Below, in pieces: positions 38,553-51,995 of a stretch of 64,000 bases of DNA. Position 1 is the stretch's first letter; every line of letters begins with the position of its first letter. Position numbers and translations under genes: made by a program. The stretch spans positions 34,038,001 to 34,102,000 of the forward strand of contig OX597819.1 in assembly GCA_951406725.2 (NCBI GenBank). The letters run 5' to 3'. The notes under the pieces were generated by a model, which saw only the letters and a list, made by a program, of their open reading frames with translations, was not told where the DNA came from and ran no database searches. The DNA is from Octopus vulgaris (Eukaryota).

Positions 38553-38936
38553 TATAATACCCATATTTTTTTCAGTTCTTTCTTCCCAGGTCATCAGCCT
38601 CCTGAAGTCCCAACTCACTCCTGTGTTTTCCTTCAAGTGTTAACTTGTAGTTGGTTACTGCTGCACATCAACCACATCAATCTGATCAGCCTCAGAGAGA
38701 TTGGTGAAGGTCAAGAGTATCGTCCATCATTCATTCTCAAGCAAAACATGTAAAACATGCATATAAACATGCCCACATGCCCACCCTGTCAAACACATAC
38801 ATTAAAGTTTATTTATTGAAAAAAATCTATATGGATATGTATGTCTATATATTATATGTATATCTATATATCTATGTTGATATATGTGTCTACATATTTG
38901 TGCATCTGTATGTACATGTATCAATGTGCATGTGAC

Positions 38937-39009
<73 letters not shown>

Positions 39010-39384
39010 GTCTTTTTGTGTCTATCAGTAGATTGCTGTAAATATTCCAGCCTCGCTATATTTGACATAGCTAATAACAATTTTATGAATGATTTCCATA
39101 ATTCTATTTGATAGTTGTAGATACATGTGTGTATATACATACATCATATTCAGAGAATTCAGTGCATCTTCTTCCTAACCTTAATATAGCAATATGTCAG
39201 TTCTTTAAGTACAACAGATATAACATTTGAAACGGGCAAATTTTCATCATATTCTTTGTTTAAATGTTAAATACTAATAGATAAAGGAATCCATTAAACA
39301 TGACATGCATCTAAGTGGGAGCTGCTTAATTGAAAAGTTAGTTTTCTCTTTTAGTTTGTTTGGTGGGTAAAGCAAGCAATAAAC

Positions 39385-39668
39385 TACTGCTACCACCACC
39401 ACAACCACAACTACAGCAAAAACAACAACAACTATATTGCTATTGCTAAATACTCTTACCACCACCTACTGCAACTACTACTACAACCACCACCACCACC
39501 ACCACCACCACCATCACTGTCTACTTCTACCAACACCTAATATTACTATTACTACTGCTATTATAACAACTATTACTTCAAACAACACAACCACCAACAA
39601 CTTTTACTACCGCCGCCACCGCCGCCATCACCCAATACCAACACAACCACCTACTGCTATTACTACCG
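39385..39668. repeat. Low-complexity trinucleotide tract (CAC/CAA/TAC)
   Basis: Direct reading. Confidence 0.85.
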
Positions 39669-40999
39669 TTATGCTTTGTGAGTGAAATTTGGCTGACAGA
39701 AACTATACTGAAGCCTACCACAAGTGTGTGTGGGCAGTCTGTGTGAATGTATGTAAATGTAAGTGTGTGTGTATACATGTGTTTATGCTTGCATGCACCT
39801 ATGTATGCATGTGTATCGGTGTCTTCATGTGTCTTTGTGTTATGGGAGAATCCTGAACACCCCCATGTGATTGAAGATGGACTAACCGATTACAATAAAT
39901 AAGAGCTGTCAAGGAGGTAGTTGACTGTGTTAGTGGCCACGTTGGTTTACTGTGTTCATTCAACGTGTATTAGTTTAACAGTTGGTAGTTGAACAATGAA
40001 TTCTGAGTATCGTACCTACATTTGAGTAATATGGTGTGTGTTCTGTGTTAGGTTATTTATGTGCATAATACCATTTTACACCAGACATGTATACCCACAC
40101 CATAACACTTTGCATTGACAACACTTTGTCAGAAAGTTTGTTTGTTTGTGACCCACAACCTTGGTAGTTAAACAAGAGAAGAACTGGGAATAAAGAATTG
40201 TAGTTGAAAACAATAGTTGGCACTGGGATGGGCATCCAGTCAGACAATACTGCCTCGAAAAGTTTCATTTAACACATGCCAACATAGCAAAAGCAAGCAT
40301 AAAATGAAGATGATGTTAGCAGTGATGATGTTAAAAGCCCCTATATCCCAAAACAGCATTTTTACAATAAAAATAAAACCTCGCTGTAACACAGCTAAAA
40401 ATCTGGTTTTATGATTGTTTATTTAGTCATCTCAGTGCCAGAATGCCATTCAACAAGAGCAGAGCAACACTAATAATAGCAACAACCACTGCTATTTTAA
40501 TAACATTAAAAATTGTTTTAACATTGTTATTTTTCTTTGTTCTTTTCTTTTTTGTATTCTGTTTCAAAATGAAGGAAAGATTAGAAATATATTCATTGTT
40601 CGTGCCATAGATAGGATTATAAGCTCAATATAATTAAAGATGCAAGAGTAACTAACATTAACAGTGTAACTATAAAATTGTTTCATAAGAGAAAACTTAT
40701 TGCATTAAAGAACATTTTAAAATATTTGTTAGCATCAATGTCCATCTATCTAAACTTGCAGTCCATTAAAAGCCGCAACAAAACAGCCAGCAGAAAAGTA
40801 ATTAAACAAGATTTTAGCATTTCTTCTTCACAACTCTTCTTATTTCACATTGTCAAATTTAATTTTGAAACTTGATAAAGTCTTTCACTAAACATATAAA
40901 ATATACTTCATCCATGCCATAAATAATATCTCGTATGTGTGTGGGTGTGAGTCGTTAGCTGTACTTGTTAGAATACTTTTGGATTACACATAACATTCT

Positions 41000-41255
41000 G
41001 TCCAATATAATTATATTGTAGTCTTTATGACAGAACACAACTTAACTTCTAAGCTATATATATAACCATATAATGTTATATATAACACAACAGTCTATAT
41101 GGTAGAATACATTTCTAAGTTATATATAGCAGTAATATATTGTATATAACATAATGTTCCACATAGTAGAATACAACACCTCTAAATTATATATAGCAAA
41201 GAAACATCATAAAAATATAAGTAAAACAGTTCTATATGATAGAATACATTTCAAA
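41000..41255. repeat. Degenerate minisatellite of ~62-70-bp units
   Basis: Recurrent tagaataca...tctaa.ttatatatagca. Confidence 0.55.
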
Positions 41256-41273
41256 GCTCTCTCTCTCTCTCCA

Positions 41274-41307
<34 letters not shown>

Positions 41308-42555
41308 GAATAGATAGGGACTAAGTACGCAGGCAGGTACCGTATGTGCACTCAGTTATAATCCTGGTTATGGCTAACTGCATTGAGCTACAAGGAGCAT
41401 ATAGGATTACTTAAGGTAAGCTTCCCAATGTATTTCATCCAATGGGCAAATCCTGGGCTCACTTCACTGGATTAAGGCATCCAGCTGTAGAAACTCTGCC
41501 AGATCAGATTGGAGTCTGGTGCAGCCATCTGGTTCACCAGACCTCAGTCAAATCATCCAACCCATGCTAGCATGGAAAGCGGTGATGATGATGATGATTT
41601 TACCAAGTAAATATTCAAGACAATTACAATGAATACAGAGATTAGTACGTCTGCATATTTTTTTATTTCTACAGTCGATTATACAGCATATTTGATTTAA
41701 ATGTGTCTGACGCATGTTTCTTCTACACAGAGATCTTGCAATCACATTTAGCAACTTTTGACAGGTTATTAGTCTATGCAAGTTTATTCAAGGTCCATCC
41801 ACTGATGTCGTCTGAAGTAAACTTAGTATACGCAGGTTTAGCTAACCTCATATTTTGTAGGTGGTTATAGTTTTCCATTGCAAAGAATGTGAGAGGAAGA
41901 TTTAGAAACCTTATACGGCTATAAAAACTGTAATAAAGTTGACCCTATACTGACCTTAAATTTGAATTTCAAATTAAAAGTACTAGACCTTTAAATAGGT
42001 TGAAGTACTTTTTTTTCTTTCTTGATATAAAAATAGTAGCATAGGTGGATTATGAATTAGTAAGTTTCAGAGATTGTGTACATTTACTGGTCACTAATTA
42101 TAGTTTAAATATATCAGATGTATATAATTTACTTGCAGGGTCAGTTTGAATTTTTATTTGTATAAATCAAGTTTTAATTTACAAGTAGTTTCATTCTCCT
42201 ATTTCTGTTGCAAGAATTATCAAATATTTTGTTGTACATATGGAAAATATTGATTACTACTTGATATACACAAACTCGATATTACATTGACATTTACTGT
42301 GTAAACTCAGGCATCTCCTATTTACATAGTACTTACCTAATTACAAATCTCTTCCATAGCCAATCTGATTGCTCTTCTGTAAAGGTGTAGACATCTTAGA
42401 GCTTGTTCTTGCCTACTATTAAGCAACTGATGTTTCAAAGGGAAAATATGGAATACTTCTTCTATACATAAATTTCATCTCCACCCCATCCCCCAATTAC
42501 ATAATGTTCTGCTAAGACCGTTAATTACCATTCTGTATTGAAGTTATTGTTTCTA

Positions 42556-43796
42556 TTGGGTCATCCCATAAATAATGCAGTTTTTTCAATTGTGTGAACT
42601 AAAAGTCAGAGGGGGATGAAATGAATTACCTGCATCAACTTGCTATAAAAGCAGGTAGTACTTATTCTTAGTGCAAGTTTGGAAGAGTGCAGTTCGATTT
42701 TAACAGTTATTTTTCAAAGTTATAACGGAAGTGACAGAGGAGCATATTTGACATATTTTGCTTTATGAGTTCAAGAAAGACAACAACACAACGGAAAGTG
42801 TGAGAAATGTTAATGAAGTTTATGAGAACAAGACAATAAGCGTAAGCCAGAGTCAATGGTGGTTCTAGAAATTCCGAACCAGAAACTACAACCTAGAAGA
42901 TGGGCCTCATCCAGGAAGATCTGTAGAGCTCAACATAGATGTCCTGCAAGCCCTGCTGAAACGAAATCCCATCATAACTGTTGAGGAACTAGCAGAGAAA
43001 GTTGAACTTGGTCATTCAGCACTCCATCGACACCTGCATGCCATTGAAAAAGTTAGTAAATTGAGTCAATGGGTTCCTCACAAACTTTCCAAGTCTAATC
43101 ATATGCAGAGAGTGAATGTGTGCTCTGCTTTGCTGTCACGTCTCATGTATGAACCTTTTTTGAACTGAATAGTGACTGGTGGTGAGAAATGGGTTCTCTA
43201 TAAAAATGTCAAGTACCGAAGACAGTGGGTAGGGAAAGGAGAAACACCAGCACCCCAGGCTAAAGAAGGTCTTCACCCACATAAGGTGTTGTTTTCTGTT
43301 TGGTGAGATATGAAAGGTTTAGTCCACTTTGAACTTTTAAACCCAAACCAAATGATAACAAAGGGGATCTACTGCAAACAGCTTGAGCAGCTTAAGTCAG
43401 CGCTAGAAGAAAAATGACCATCTTTGGTTTCAAGGCAAAAGGTGTTCTTCCATCAGGATAGTGCTCAGACACATATAGCGAGGAAGACAATCGAAAGGCT
43501 GAAGCAGTTTGAATGGAAACAATGCCCTACCCACCATATTCGCGAGTCATAATCTGATTATCATTTATTCCACAGTCTTCAAAATCATTAGGATGGAAAA
43601 CATGTGAATTATGTAGACGAGGTCAGAAAAGTTCTGGAAGAGTATTTTTCCTCATGAACAAGTAAATTTTTAAAGACGGGCCTTGCAAGTCTACCAGATA
43701 GATAGAAGAATATTTTAGATTAAAAGAGAACGTTTATCTTAATTTTGAAAAATAAAAGAAGTGTAAAAATCTCATATTATTTATGGGATGACCCAA
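42556..43796 (+). mobile_element. Full-length decayed mariner (DD34D) transposon
   Basis: TIRs ttgggtcatcccataaataat / attatttatgggatgacccaa with TA on both sides. Confidence 0.95.
42725..43723 (+). pseudogene. Mariner transposase pseudogene
   Basis: HILLYEF; WVPHKL; IVTGGEKWVLY (catalytic D to G); HQDSA; YPPYS; SDYHLFHSLQN; ACG in place of the start codon; multiple stops. Confidence 0.92.
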
Positions 43797-44275
43797 TATT
43801 TTAAGGAACCAGATAAATACACTTAAGCTTGTGCAATGCATTTTCTCTCTATCCTTAAATGAAGCTAAATTATTTGCCAGTCTCACCTTGAAATTTGTTG
43901 ATCATGCCTCAGTATAAAAATATGTTTATACACACACACATCATTATCATCATCATTTTGCATCTACTTTCCATGCTGAGAAGTTATGTCTTATCTTTTA
44001 CTTTTGATCTGTTTCAGTCATTAAACTGAAATCATGCAGGAACACTCCTTGAAGAATTTTTAATTAAATAAATCGACCCCAGTATTTATGTTTTTTTTTA
44101 AGCCTGATACTTATTCTATTGGTCTTTTTTTTCCAAACTGCTGAGTTACAGGGACATCATGTTTGAATCAGCATTTATTCAGTGGGTACTGCTTACCTAC
44201 ATGGGTCAGGGGACCTCATTTCACACCCATTTCATTTTTGGCTTGTTTTCTACAGCTGAATAAGGAAAGGAGTTT

Positions 44276-44610
44276 AAGACCCTCTTCATTCATGAATGAC
44301 TATGGGATTGCACCTGGAAAGTTACCCTCTGAAGCACAAGCCCAAGCAAGGCTGTTTATGGAAGATCAACAGTCGCTCATGCATACCAGCCTTCCCTCTT
44401 CAAACCATTGATGTTATCCAAAGGAAAGGCAAAGGCCGATATTACTTGGCCCTAGTAACCTCACAACTCATTTCTACAGCTGAGCGAACTGGAGCAACAG
44501 GAAATAAAGTGTCTTGCTTAAGAAAAAAATACACTGCCTGGTTCAGGAATCGAACCCACTACCTCATGATTGTGAGCCCAATGCTCTAATCACTGAGCTA
44601 TGTGCCTTCA
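44276..44610 (-). mobile_element. SINE-E
   Basis: Reverse complement homolog of 28634-28963. Confidence 0.8.
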
Positions 44611-44799
44611 TTATGCAGCTGAATAACTATCCTAACATCAATCACGTTATAGAGTGTACACAGTGCTTTATCCATGATACCAGCTCTAGAGAGAAGGCAT
44701 GTCCTCAACAAGGCCAAAAAGCCTTTACAACGCCATGTCTCTGCTCACTTGCTGATCTCTTTGCAGTGAGAAGAATGAATGACAAAGGCAAAAACAAAA

Positions 44800-45900
44800 A
44801 TGAATAATGAAAAGGGGTATGTGTGATAAGGGGTAGAGTGATAGGAGTACTCTGTATTCCAAGGTAGGTATTTGTATCTCCAGTGAACACAACATGATTG
44901 AGATAGCATCAGGGATGACAGAGGTCTATGTAAGCCAGGAGACAGAGTGATGACTGTGGCCCAAGATGTATGAGAAAATAAGAAGCAAGAATATGCTGAC
45001 AATCAGAGGAAACAGGGGTGGGGTGACAGGCAGTACAGGATGCGAAGGAGAAGGTGGAATAGACATGGCACAAGTGGTCCAATGTAGCCACCAACACATA
45101 GGCTACAAGATGGTCTGAAGTGACTGAGTGATGTGAGTAGTGGCAGAGGGGATGGAAAGCAGGCGGCGAGCTGGTAGAAACGTTAGTGCGCCAGATGAAA
45201 TGCTTAGTGGTATTTCGTCTGCCGTGGTAGCACGTCGGGCGAAATGCTTAGCGGTATTTCGGCTGCCGTTACGTTGTGAGTTCAAATTTCGCCGAGGTCG
45301 ACTTTGCCTTTCATCCTTTCGGGGTCGATAAATTAAGTACCAGTTATGCACTGGGGTCGATGTAATCGACTTAATACCTATGTCTGTCCTTGTTTGTCCC
45401 CTCTGTGTTTAGCCCCTTGTGGGTAATAAAGAAATAGGTATTTCGTCTGCCGTTATGTTCTGAGTTCAAATTCCGCCAAGGTCGACTTTGCCTTTCATCC
45501 TTTCGGGGTCAATAATTTAAGTACCAGTTATGAACTGTGGTTGTGTAATCGACTTAATCCCTTTGTCTGCCCTTGTTTGTCCCCTCTATGTTTAGCCCCT
45601 TGTGGGCAATAAAGAAAAAGGAAAGCAGGTGGGTCATTTACAGGTCATTAGCATGAAAGTATGTGAAGGATAAGGTTAGAATGGGTTCAGAAGCAACTTT
45701 AGTTACACTGGAAGCAGTGTATGATAAACAGAAGATGTCTACTGCCATCCTCAGTCACACTGAAAGCATAGTGCAGTGGGAATTGAGAAATGGAAGGAGT
45801 GATTGAGAGATGAGCAATGGGCATATGTGAAAGAATGTAATGTATGGTGAACGAAAGAGATGTGCTGCCATAATTTTTCACCAAGCTCCACCTACTTTCT
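44800..45900 (-). mobile_element. Possible highly decayed Penelope-like coding remnant, split by the SINE-B multimer
   Basis: Strong strand purine bias; STFSFASCTAC...CQHI...LGP and FTGDT loosely resemble the Zn-finger and YIGET region. Confidence 0.3.
45162..45619 (+). mobile_element. Multimeric SINE-B with TSD
   Basis: Duplicated head and two bodies; ggaaagca(gg) at 45154 and 45620. Confidence 0.9.
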
Positions 45901-46040
45901 TGTAAAAAAAAAAAATACAAGTAGCCAATAGGAAAAAGAAGATAGAATGAATTTATTATTAAGATTTTACATCATGGAATTAGTAAATAATAAATAGTAA
46001 TAAATAAATACTTAATTTTCAGATATGACATATATATATA

Positions 46041-46271
46041 TATTTCTTTACTACCCACAAGGGGCTAAACACAGAGGGGACAAACAAGGACAGACAAAGG
46101 GATTAAGTCGATTACATCGACCCCAGTGTGTAACTGGTACTTAATCTATCGACCCCGAAAGGATGAAAGGCAAAGTCGACCTCGGCGGAATTTGAACTCA
46201 CAACGTAACGACAGACGAAATACGGCTACAAATTTCGCCCAGAGTGCTAACAGTTCTGCCAGCTCGCCGCC
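46041..46271 (-). mobile_element. SINE-B full length
   Basis: Close match to other copies. Confidence 0.9.
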
Positions 46272-46295
46272 TTATATATATATCAGGAGTGGCCA

Positions 46296-46716
46296 CGCAG
46301 GAGTGGCTGTATCGTAAGTAGCTTGTTTACCAACCACATGGTTCCGGGTTCAGTCCCACAGCGTGGTACCTTGGGCAAGTGTCTTCTACTATAGCCTCGG
46401 GCCGACCAAAGCCTTGTGAGTGGATTTGGTAGACGGAAACTGAAAGAAGCCCGTCGTATGTATGTATGTATGTATATATATATGTGTGCGTGTATGTTTG
46501 TGTGTCTGTGTTTGTCCCCCTAGCATTGCTTGACAACTGATGCTGGTGTGTTTACATCCCCGTCACTTAGCGGTTCGGCAAATGAGACCGATAGAATAAG
46601 TACTGGGCTTACAAAGAATAAGTCTCTGGGTCGATTTGCTTGACTAAAAGCGGTGCTCCAGCATGGCCGCAGTCAACTGACTGAAACAAGTAAAAGAGTA
46701 AAGAGCGTAAAGAGTA
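46296..46716 (+). mobile_element. SINE-A full length
   Basis: Box A/B and tail. Confidence 0.9.
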
Positions 46717-46999
46717 TATATATAGCCTGTATCGAGTAAATGTTTACATCCCGGGAGTCATATTTAACCCATTGTTTGGAATCTTTAGCTTAATAGAAAA
46801 TTTCAGTATATGTTAAGGCAAGCTAGAATTCCATTTGGTTTTTAACCTGCTGTTTGCTGTTTAAAAAAAAATGATTCTTTGTCAAAAAATTACTTGTGTG
46901 GATTTCAACAAAATTTAATTTGGTGAAAAAACAGGAGATCTGTATCTATTGTAAAATGATCTGATTTAATCTTGTTGCTGTATAACCACAGGTCAGGTC

Positions 47000-47272
47000 T
47001 TTTACTCTTTTACTCCTTTATTTGTTTCAGTCATTTGACGGCGGCCATGCTGGAGCACCACCTGTAGTCAAGCAAATCGACCCCAGGACTTATTCTTTGT
47101 AAGCCTAGTACTTATTCTGTTGGTCTCTTTTTGCCAAACCGCTAATGTTACAGGGGACGTAAACACACCAGCATCAGTTGTCAAGCAATGTTGGGGGACA
47201 AACATAGACATGCAAACATATACACACACATATACATATATATATATACATATATACGACAGGCTTCTTTCA
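47000..47272 (-). mobile_element. SINE-A, 5'-truncated
   Basis: Tail and body present, head absent. Confidence 0.85.
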
Positions 47273-48169
47273 GGCTTCTATGATCATATGCATTCTAATT
47301 GTGACTATCCAATCTTGTTTTTTCATGCCTATAGTATCTAAGATTACATTATCTAGACTGTTCCTCTATTTTTAAAGAGTTAAGTGTAATATAAAGGAGA
47401 ACAAAATGTCATTGGAATAGCCTTCTTTAATATACAAAGGACATTTGGCCATAGAAAATCTGTCTCAACATATTTCCATTTGACCCATGTAAGCATGGAA
47501 AAGTGGACATTAAATTATGATGAATTTCTTGTTTTATTTCATTCACTGTTCACTGACAACAGAAAATGTGGCACTGTGTCACAACTTCTTTAAAAATTAA
47601 AGTTCAGTGCTCAGTTCTATAGCTAGTCAAGATCTATAAACATATGACAGCAACACAGAACTGTAAACTCTAACAAGAGATAGAACGTTTATTGACAGAA
47701 AAATAGCCTTGTCCTCTCATGAATGATTAAAAAAAAAAAACAATAGATAAATAAGATATAGCAATGAACCTTCGTCCCTGAAGAACTACAGAACAGAAAT
47801 TACTGTCCATTAGTAGTGTCTTTTATCTTGTTATATCCAGTGGGGCTAGACAAATCAAAACTCATTAGTTTAGCATTGACAGAAAACAAAAACAGTTGAA
47901 CTCCGATTGAGACTGAATAATAAATGACACTGCCTCCATTTGGCTTCAGTTCTGTGAAGCAAGAAGAAGAAGCAGCCACAGCAGTATTACCACTCATCCC
48001 AAAGCACCATTCTACCCATCGTTATACTATGGCACTACAATGTTAATTGGACAACTTATGAATAGAATGCAATCAAAAGCAGTTAAGAAGATGGCAATCT
48101 GGAATATAGGAAACTTTAGCAGATTGTATGACTGGTGATAAGCAATAACGTGGAGTTGAATTATTGATG

Positions 48170-48610
48170 TAGCAGTACTGCACACTTTAGTATACACAAT
48201 AACTGGTGCAGCAGAGTTATATATGCACATTTACTGATGCAGCAACACTATATACTTTAGTATGCACAATTACTGGTGCACTAACACTACACTGCAGCTT
48301 GCATGATTACTGATGCAGCAGCATAATATAGTTTATATGTACAATTCCTGCTGCACAATAAGTGGTGCAGCAACACTGCATAGTTCAGCACGGACGAGTA
48401 CTGGTGCACCAGTATTATATGTGCACATTTACAGGTGCAACAACTTTATATAGGTTAGTATGCACATTTACTGCTGCAATATTACTATATATGTACAATT
48501 ACTGGTGCATCATAACTATATATGCACAATTACTGGTGCAGCAATACTATTTATGTACAGATGCTCGTGCAGTAGTAGTATATAGTTTAGTATACTAAAT
48601 TACTGGTGGT
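48170..48610. repeat. Degenerate minisatellite of ~30-40-bp units
   Basis: Recurrent tatgcacaattactggtgcagcaa.actata. Confidence 0.85.
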
Positions 48611-48640
48611 AAAAGAGATGATTCAATGTTAGCTTCTGGA

Positions 48641-49030
48641 TTACTCTTACTCTCTTTTACTCTTTTACTTGTTTCAGTCATTTGACTGCGGCCATGCTGG
48701 AGCACTGCCTTTAGTCGAGCAAATCGACCCCGGGACTTATTCTTTGTAAGCCCAGTACTTATTCTATCGGTCTCTTTTGCCGAACTGCTAGGTGACGGGG
48801 ACGTAAACACACCAGCATCGGTTGTCAAGCAATTCTAAGGGGACAAACACAGACACACAAACACACACATATATATATACATATATACGACAGGCTTCTT
48901 TCAGTTTCCGCCTACCAAATCCACTCACAAGGCATTGGTCGGCCCGAGGCTATAGCAGAAGACACTTGCCCAAGATTCCATGCAGTGGGACTGAACCCAG
49001 AACCATGTGGTTGGTTAGCAAGCTACTTAC
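48641..49030 (-). mobile_element. SINE-A lacking the extreme 5' end
   Basis: Match to other copies. Confidence 0.9.
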
Positions 49031-49122
49031 TATTATTGCTAGCTTTGTGCCAAAATTTAAATCCAATAGTTACGCAAAAAGCAGCAATATATGATACAAT
49101 AATTCAGTATAAAAAGTTTATA

Positions 49123-49363
49123 GGCATAGGAGTGGCTGTGTGGTAAGTAGCTTGCTTACCAGCCACATGGTTCTGGGTTCAGTCCCACTGTGTGGCACCT
49201 TGGGCAAGTGTCTTCTACTATAGCCTCGGGCTGAGTGGATTTGGTAGACGGAAATCTAGTGACCATGAGTGCAACAGCCTTACTACTAGACTAAAAGCTC
49301 TTTAAGGTGGTGCTTCAGCATGGCCACACTCAAATAACTGAAACAAGTAAACGAATAAAAGAA
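49123..49363 (+). mobile_element. SINE-A with internal deletion
   Basis: Head to ~49254, then the tail module. Confidence 0.8.
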
Positions 49364-49727
49364 TGTGCCTGTGTGTGTGGAGAGAGAGTAAGAGAGATTT
49401 ATAGAAGCTGGTATATTATAGATGAGAATTGATAGAGAGCTGGATGTGTGCCTTATGTGTACATCTGTGTGAGTGTGTGTTGGCAGGAGAAGGTGCATGT
49501 GAAGCCAATGGCGAGATCTTGGCCCAGGCCCAAACAACCACCATCTTCAACTTGCTACAACAAATGTTATCTCACTGAGACATCATGGAGCCATGTAAAC
49601 AATACATCAAGTGTACAGAACCGTGCAAATTGTATATTAGATGCGATGTAATCAGGCCTGGATTTAGACTTTTAAATGCCCTTAAGCACTTTAAAGATTC
49701 AAGATATGTAATTCAAAATATAAACAA

Positions 49728-50186
49728 CTAGTATTATAACCCGATTTCATTTGGGTCTACTTGGGCCACATTTTAAAGATGAGGAATTTAAAAAAAGACG
49801 AAAATTTTATTAAAAATTAAAAAGAAAATGAAAGAGAAAAGCACTCGTTTTTTCACAATGAAAAGTCGTTTCCTACTAGCCGGAATTTCACAACAAAATA
49901 TATATTTATTAAGCACAACAGCCTGCAGTGCATGCCGCTGGACATTAAAAGCCAATCGCACAAACCTAGAGGGGCTCTGGGCCCTATTGAATCGATAAAA
50001 AATCACTATTTTTGCCATAGCGACCACATCTTTATAACTTGCAAATTTTAACCATCGCAGGTCTCATCCTCACTATGCATTTAGTATCCCAGCCAATTTT
50101 CAGCTCGATCCTAGCCTTGGTTTGGCCACCATTAACCGTCAAAGCAAAATGTGCATACAATTTTTGTCCAAGGACTGTTTTATAGA
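49728..50186 (-). mobile_element. Non-autonomous Helitron family H3
   Basis: Minus strand TCTATAAAAC start; cccaaatgaaatcggg hairpin, then ttataataCTAG|T. Confidence 0.7.
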
Positions 50187-50188
50187 TA

Positions 50189-50589
50189 TCTTTATATATA
50201 AAAGTGAGGTTGTGTGCTGTCTGTCTCCTACGATTTAGATTCCTAACTACTCCCACATTTTGCGGTGCAGTTTAACCAAAACCAGGTATCTTATAGTCGT
50301 GATTCATATCGAGCCCTTCTGGGTATTAGCGCATGTCTACGATGAGTCTACAATTTTAAAAAAAATTTACCATAATTTTTTCCATTTTAATGCATTTTTT
50401 TCGCTATTATATAAGGAAAGTAACACTCTAAAAATGTCTACGATGAGTCAACGATTTTTTAAAAAATTTACCATAATTTTTTTTCCATTTTTAATGCATT
50501 TTTTTGCTATTTTTTGGCTATAATTCTCTAAAAATACTTATATAGTTATTTCCCTTACAAACCCGAGCAATGCCAGGCGATACTGCTAG
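50189..50589 (+). mobile_element. Helitron H1 subtype b
   Basis: A|TC start, internal duplication, hairpin and CTAG. Confidence 0.9.
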
Positions 50590-50939
50590 AAGATTATAAA
50601 CCATAAAATAATTTTTTTATTGTTCCAAATGAAGCAGTAAGATGTAAAATAATGTCTATTTTTGCATACTTTCACTTTATTTATATTTGAAAAGTTTTCT
50701 CCTACATTTTTAATTGCAGTCTTTGATCAGATCCTCCCTATGACACCATGAGCACTTCGAAATTATATTTCCAACCATATAAACCACTTTGAATATCATT
50801 TTATCAAGTTTAAAGTAATTTCTTTTGTGCTGTAAACCTTTTACCATTTCTGTGGTGTGTGTCTCCACCACTGCATCCCTTGATGCCTAAGTATGTGCTT
50901 ATTTTGCACTGCAAGTAATGAGTTTATTGAGAACCATGT

Positions 50940-51300
50940 AAACTGTATGTAAGGATGATCGTTGCCTTTGTATAAAAAATGTCTGCAAGAGATATGAAGT
51001 CACTGAACATGAATGCGACATGATGAGAGGACCACCTCTTGTGGAAGGTGGAAAAGAAAAGCTGAAGCTTGCTGCTGATGAGATGCATGCTAGTAAAAAC
51101 AGAACCAACAACTGAGCTCTCCCTCCTGTACAACAGTAGCACAAAGTGGCTTAGAATTCAGACATTACAGCTGGGACCACAACTCTCATGTAGACCTCTA
51201 CTGCTGCAGTGGCTGTTAGTCTACCAAAGTAGACTGAGCTTCCTGGTGTAAAACCATGGACTAGCAACACAAACCAGATGTCACAGCAACCTACATGTAT
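50940..51300 (+). pseudogene. RTE (BovB-like) ORF C-terminal remnant
   Basis: K.VCKR(D)MKSLNMN, with a frameshift. Confidence 0.5.
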
Positions 51301-51400
51301 GTGTGTGTGTGTGTGTGTGTATGCACGCACATGCCATAGTGATCTGGATTTTAGTTGAAAATACATTTTACCAGTTTAAAGCTGGATATTCCACCCTTCA

Positions 51401-51617
51401 CCCTTTAGCAATTAAATCGGCCATATGCAGCCCAAATATTCTACCTGCTTTGTGTTCAAGCTGGCGAAATCTGGCCCCTCACACCTACCCTACAATGTCA
51501 TTCTAAGAATAAACTACGTCATCAGAATCTTAAAGCTACAAGATAATTCATGATTAATTCAAAACAATGTAAATAAATAAGCATTACATTTAACAGAATA
51601 ACCTGAACTCTAAAGGG
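51401..51617. mobile_element. piggyBac-like MITE
   Basis: ttca|CCCTTTAG ... CTAAAGGG|ttaa; second copy at 22471. Confidence 0.8.
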
Positions 51618-51769
51618 TTAAAGTCTTTAGAATCTCTTCTGTAGAATTTTCACTACCAATGATGTTCAAAAGAGACGAATCATGGAGAGACCTTCTCAAG
51701 AAACTGTAGTCAAGTCTTCTTCAAATCATACTCAGACATCTTAGCAATAGAAATATACATTAGATACTG

Positions 51770-51950
51770 ATTTCAAATTTTGGCACAAGGCCAGTGATTT
51801 CGAGATAGGGATAAGTCAATTGCATCAACCTCTGGATTCAACTGGTACTAATTTTATTGACCCCAGAAGGATGAAAGCAAAGTCAGCCTTGGTCAAATTT
51901 GAACTCAGAACGTAAAGATGGATGAGATGCTGCTAAGCATGTTGCCTGAT
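51770..51950 (-). mobile_element. Degenerate SINE-B
   Basis: ggatgaaagcaaagtc...tttgaactcagaacgt. Confidence 0.75.
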
Positions 51951-51995
51951 ACCATAATATACACCAGATAATGCTGACACAGTTACTCTACTATA

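Noticed and set aside
41320-41425. Plus-strand aag|gtaagc donor
   Set aside because: No clear acceptor or recognisable peptide upstream
42335-42426. Minus-strand ag|gtaagt donor with a LYR-like peptide (LHLYRRAIRLA)
   Set aside because: The frame hits a stop just before the donor and there are no supporting exons
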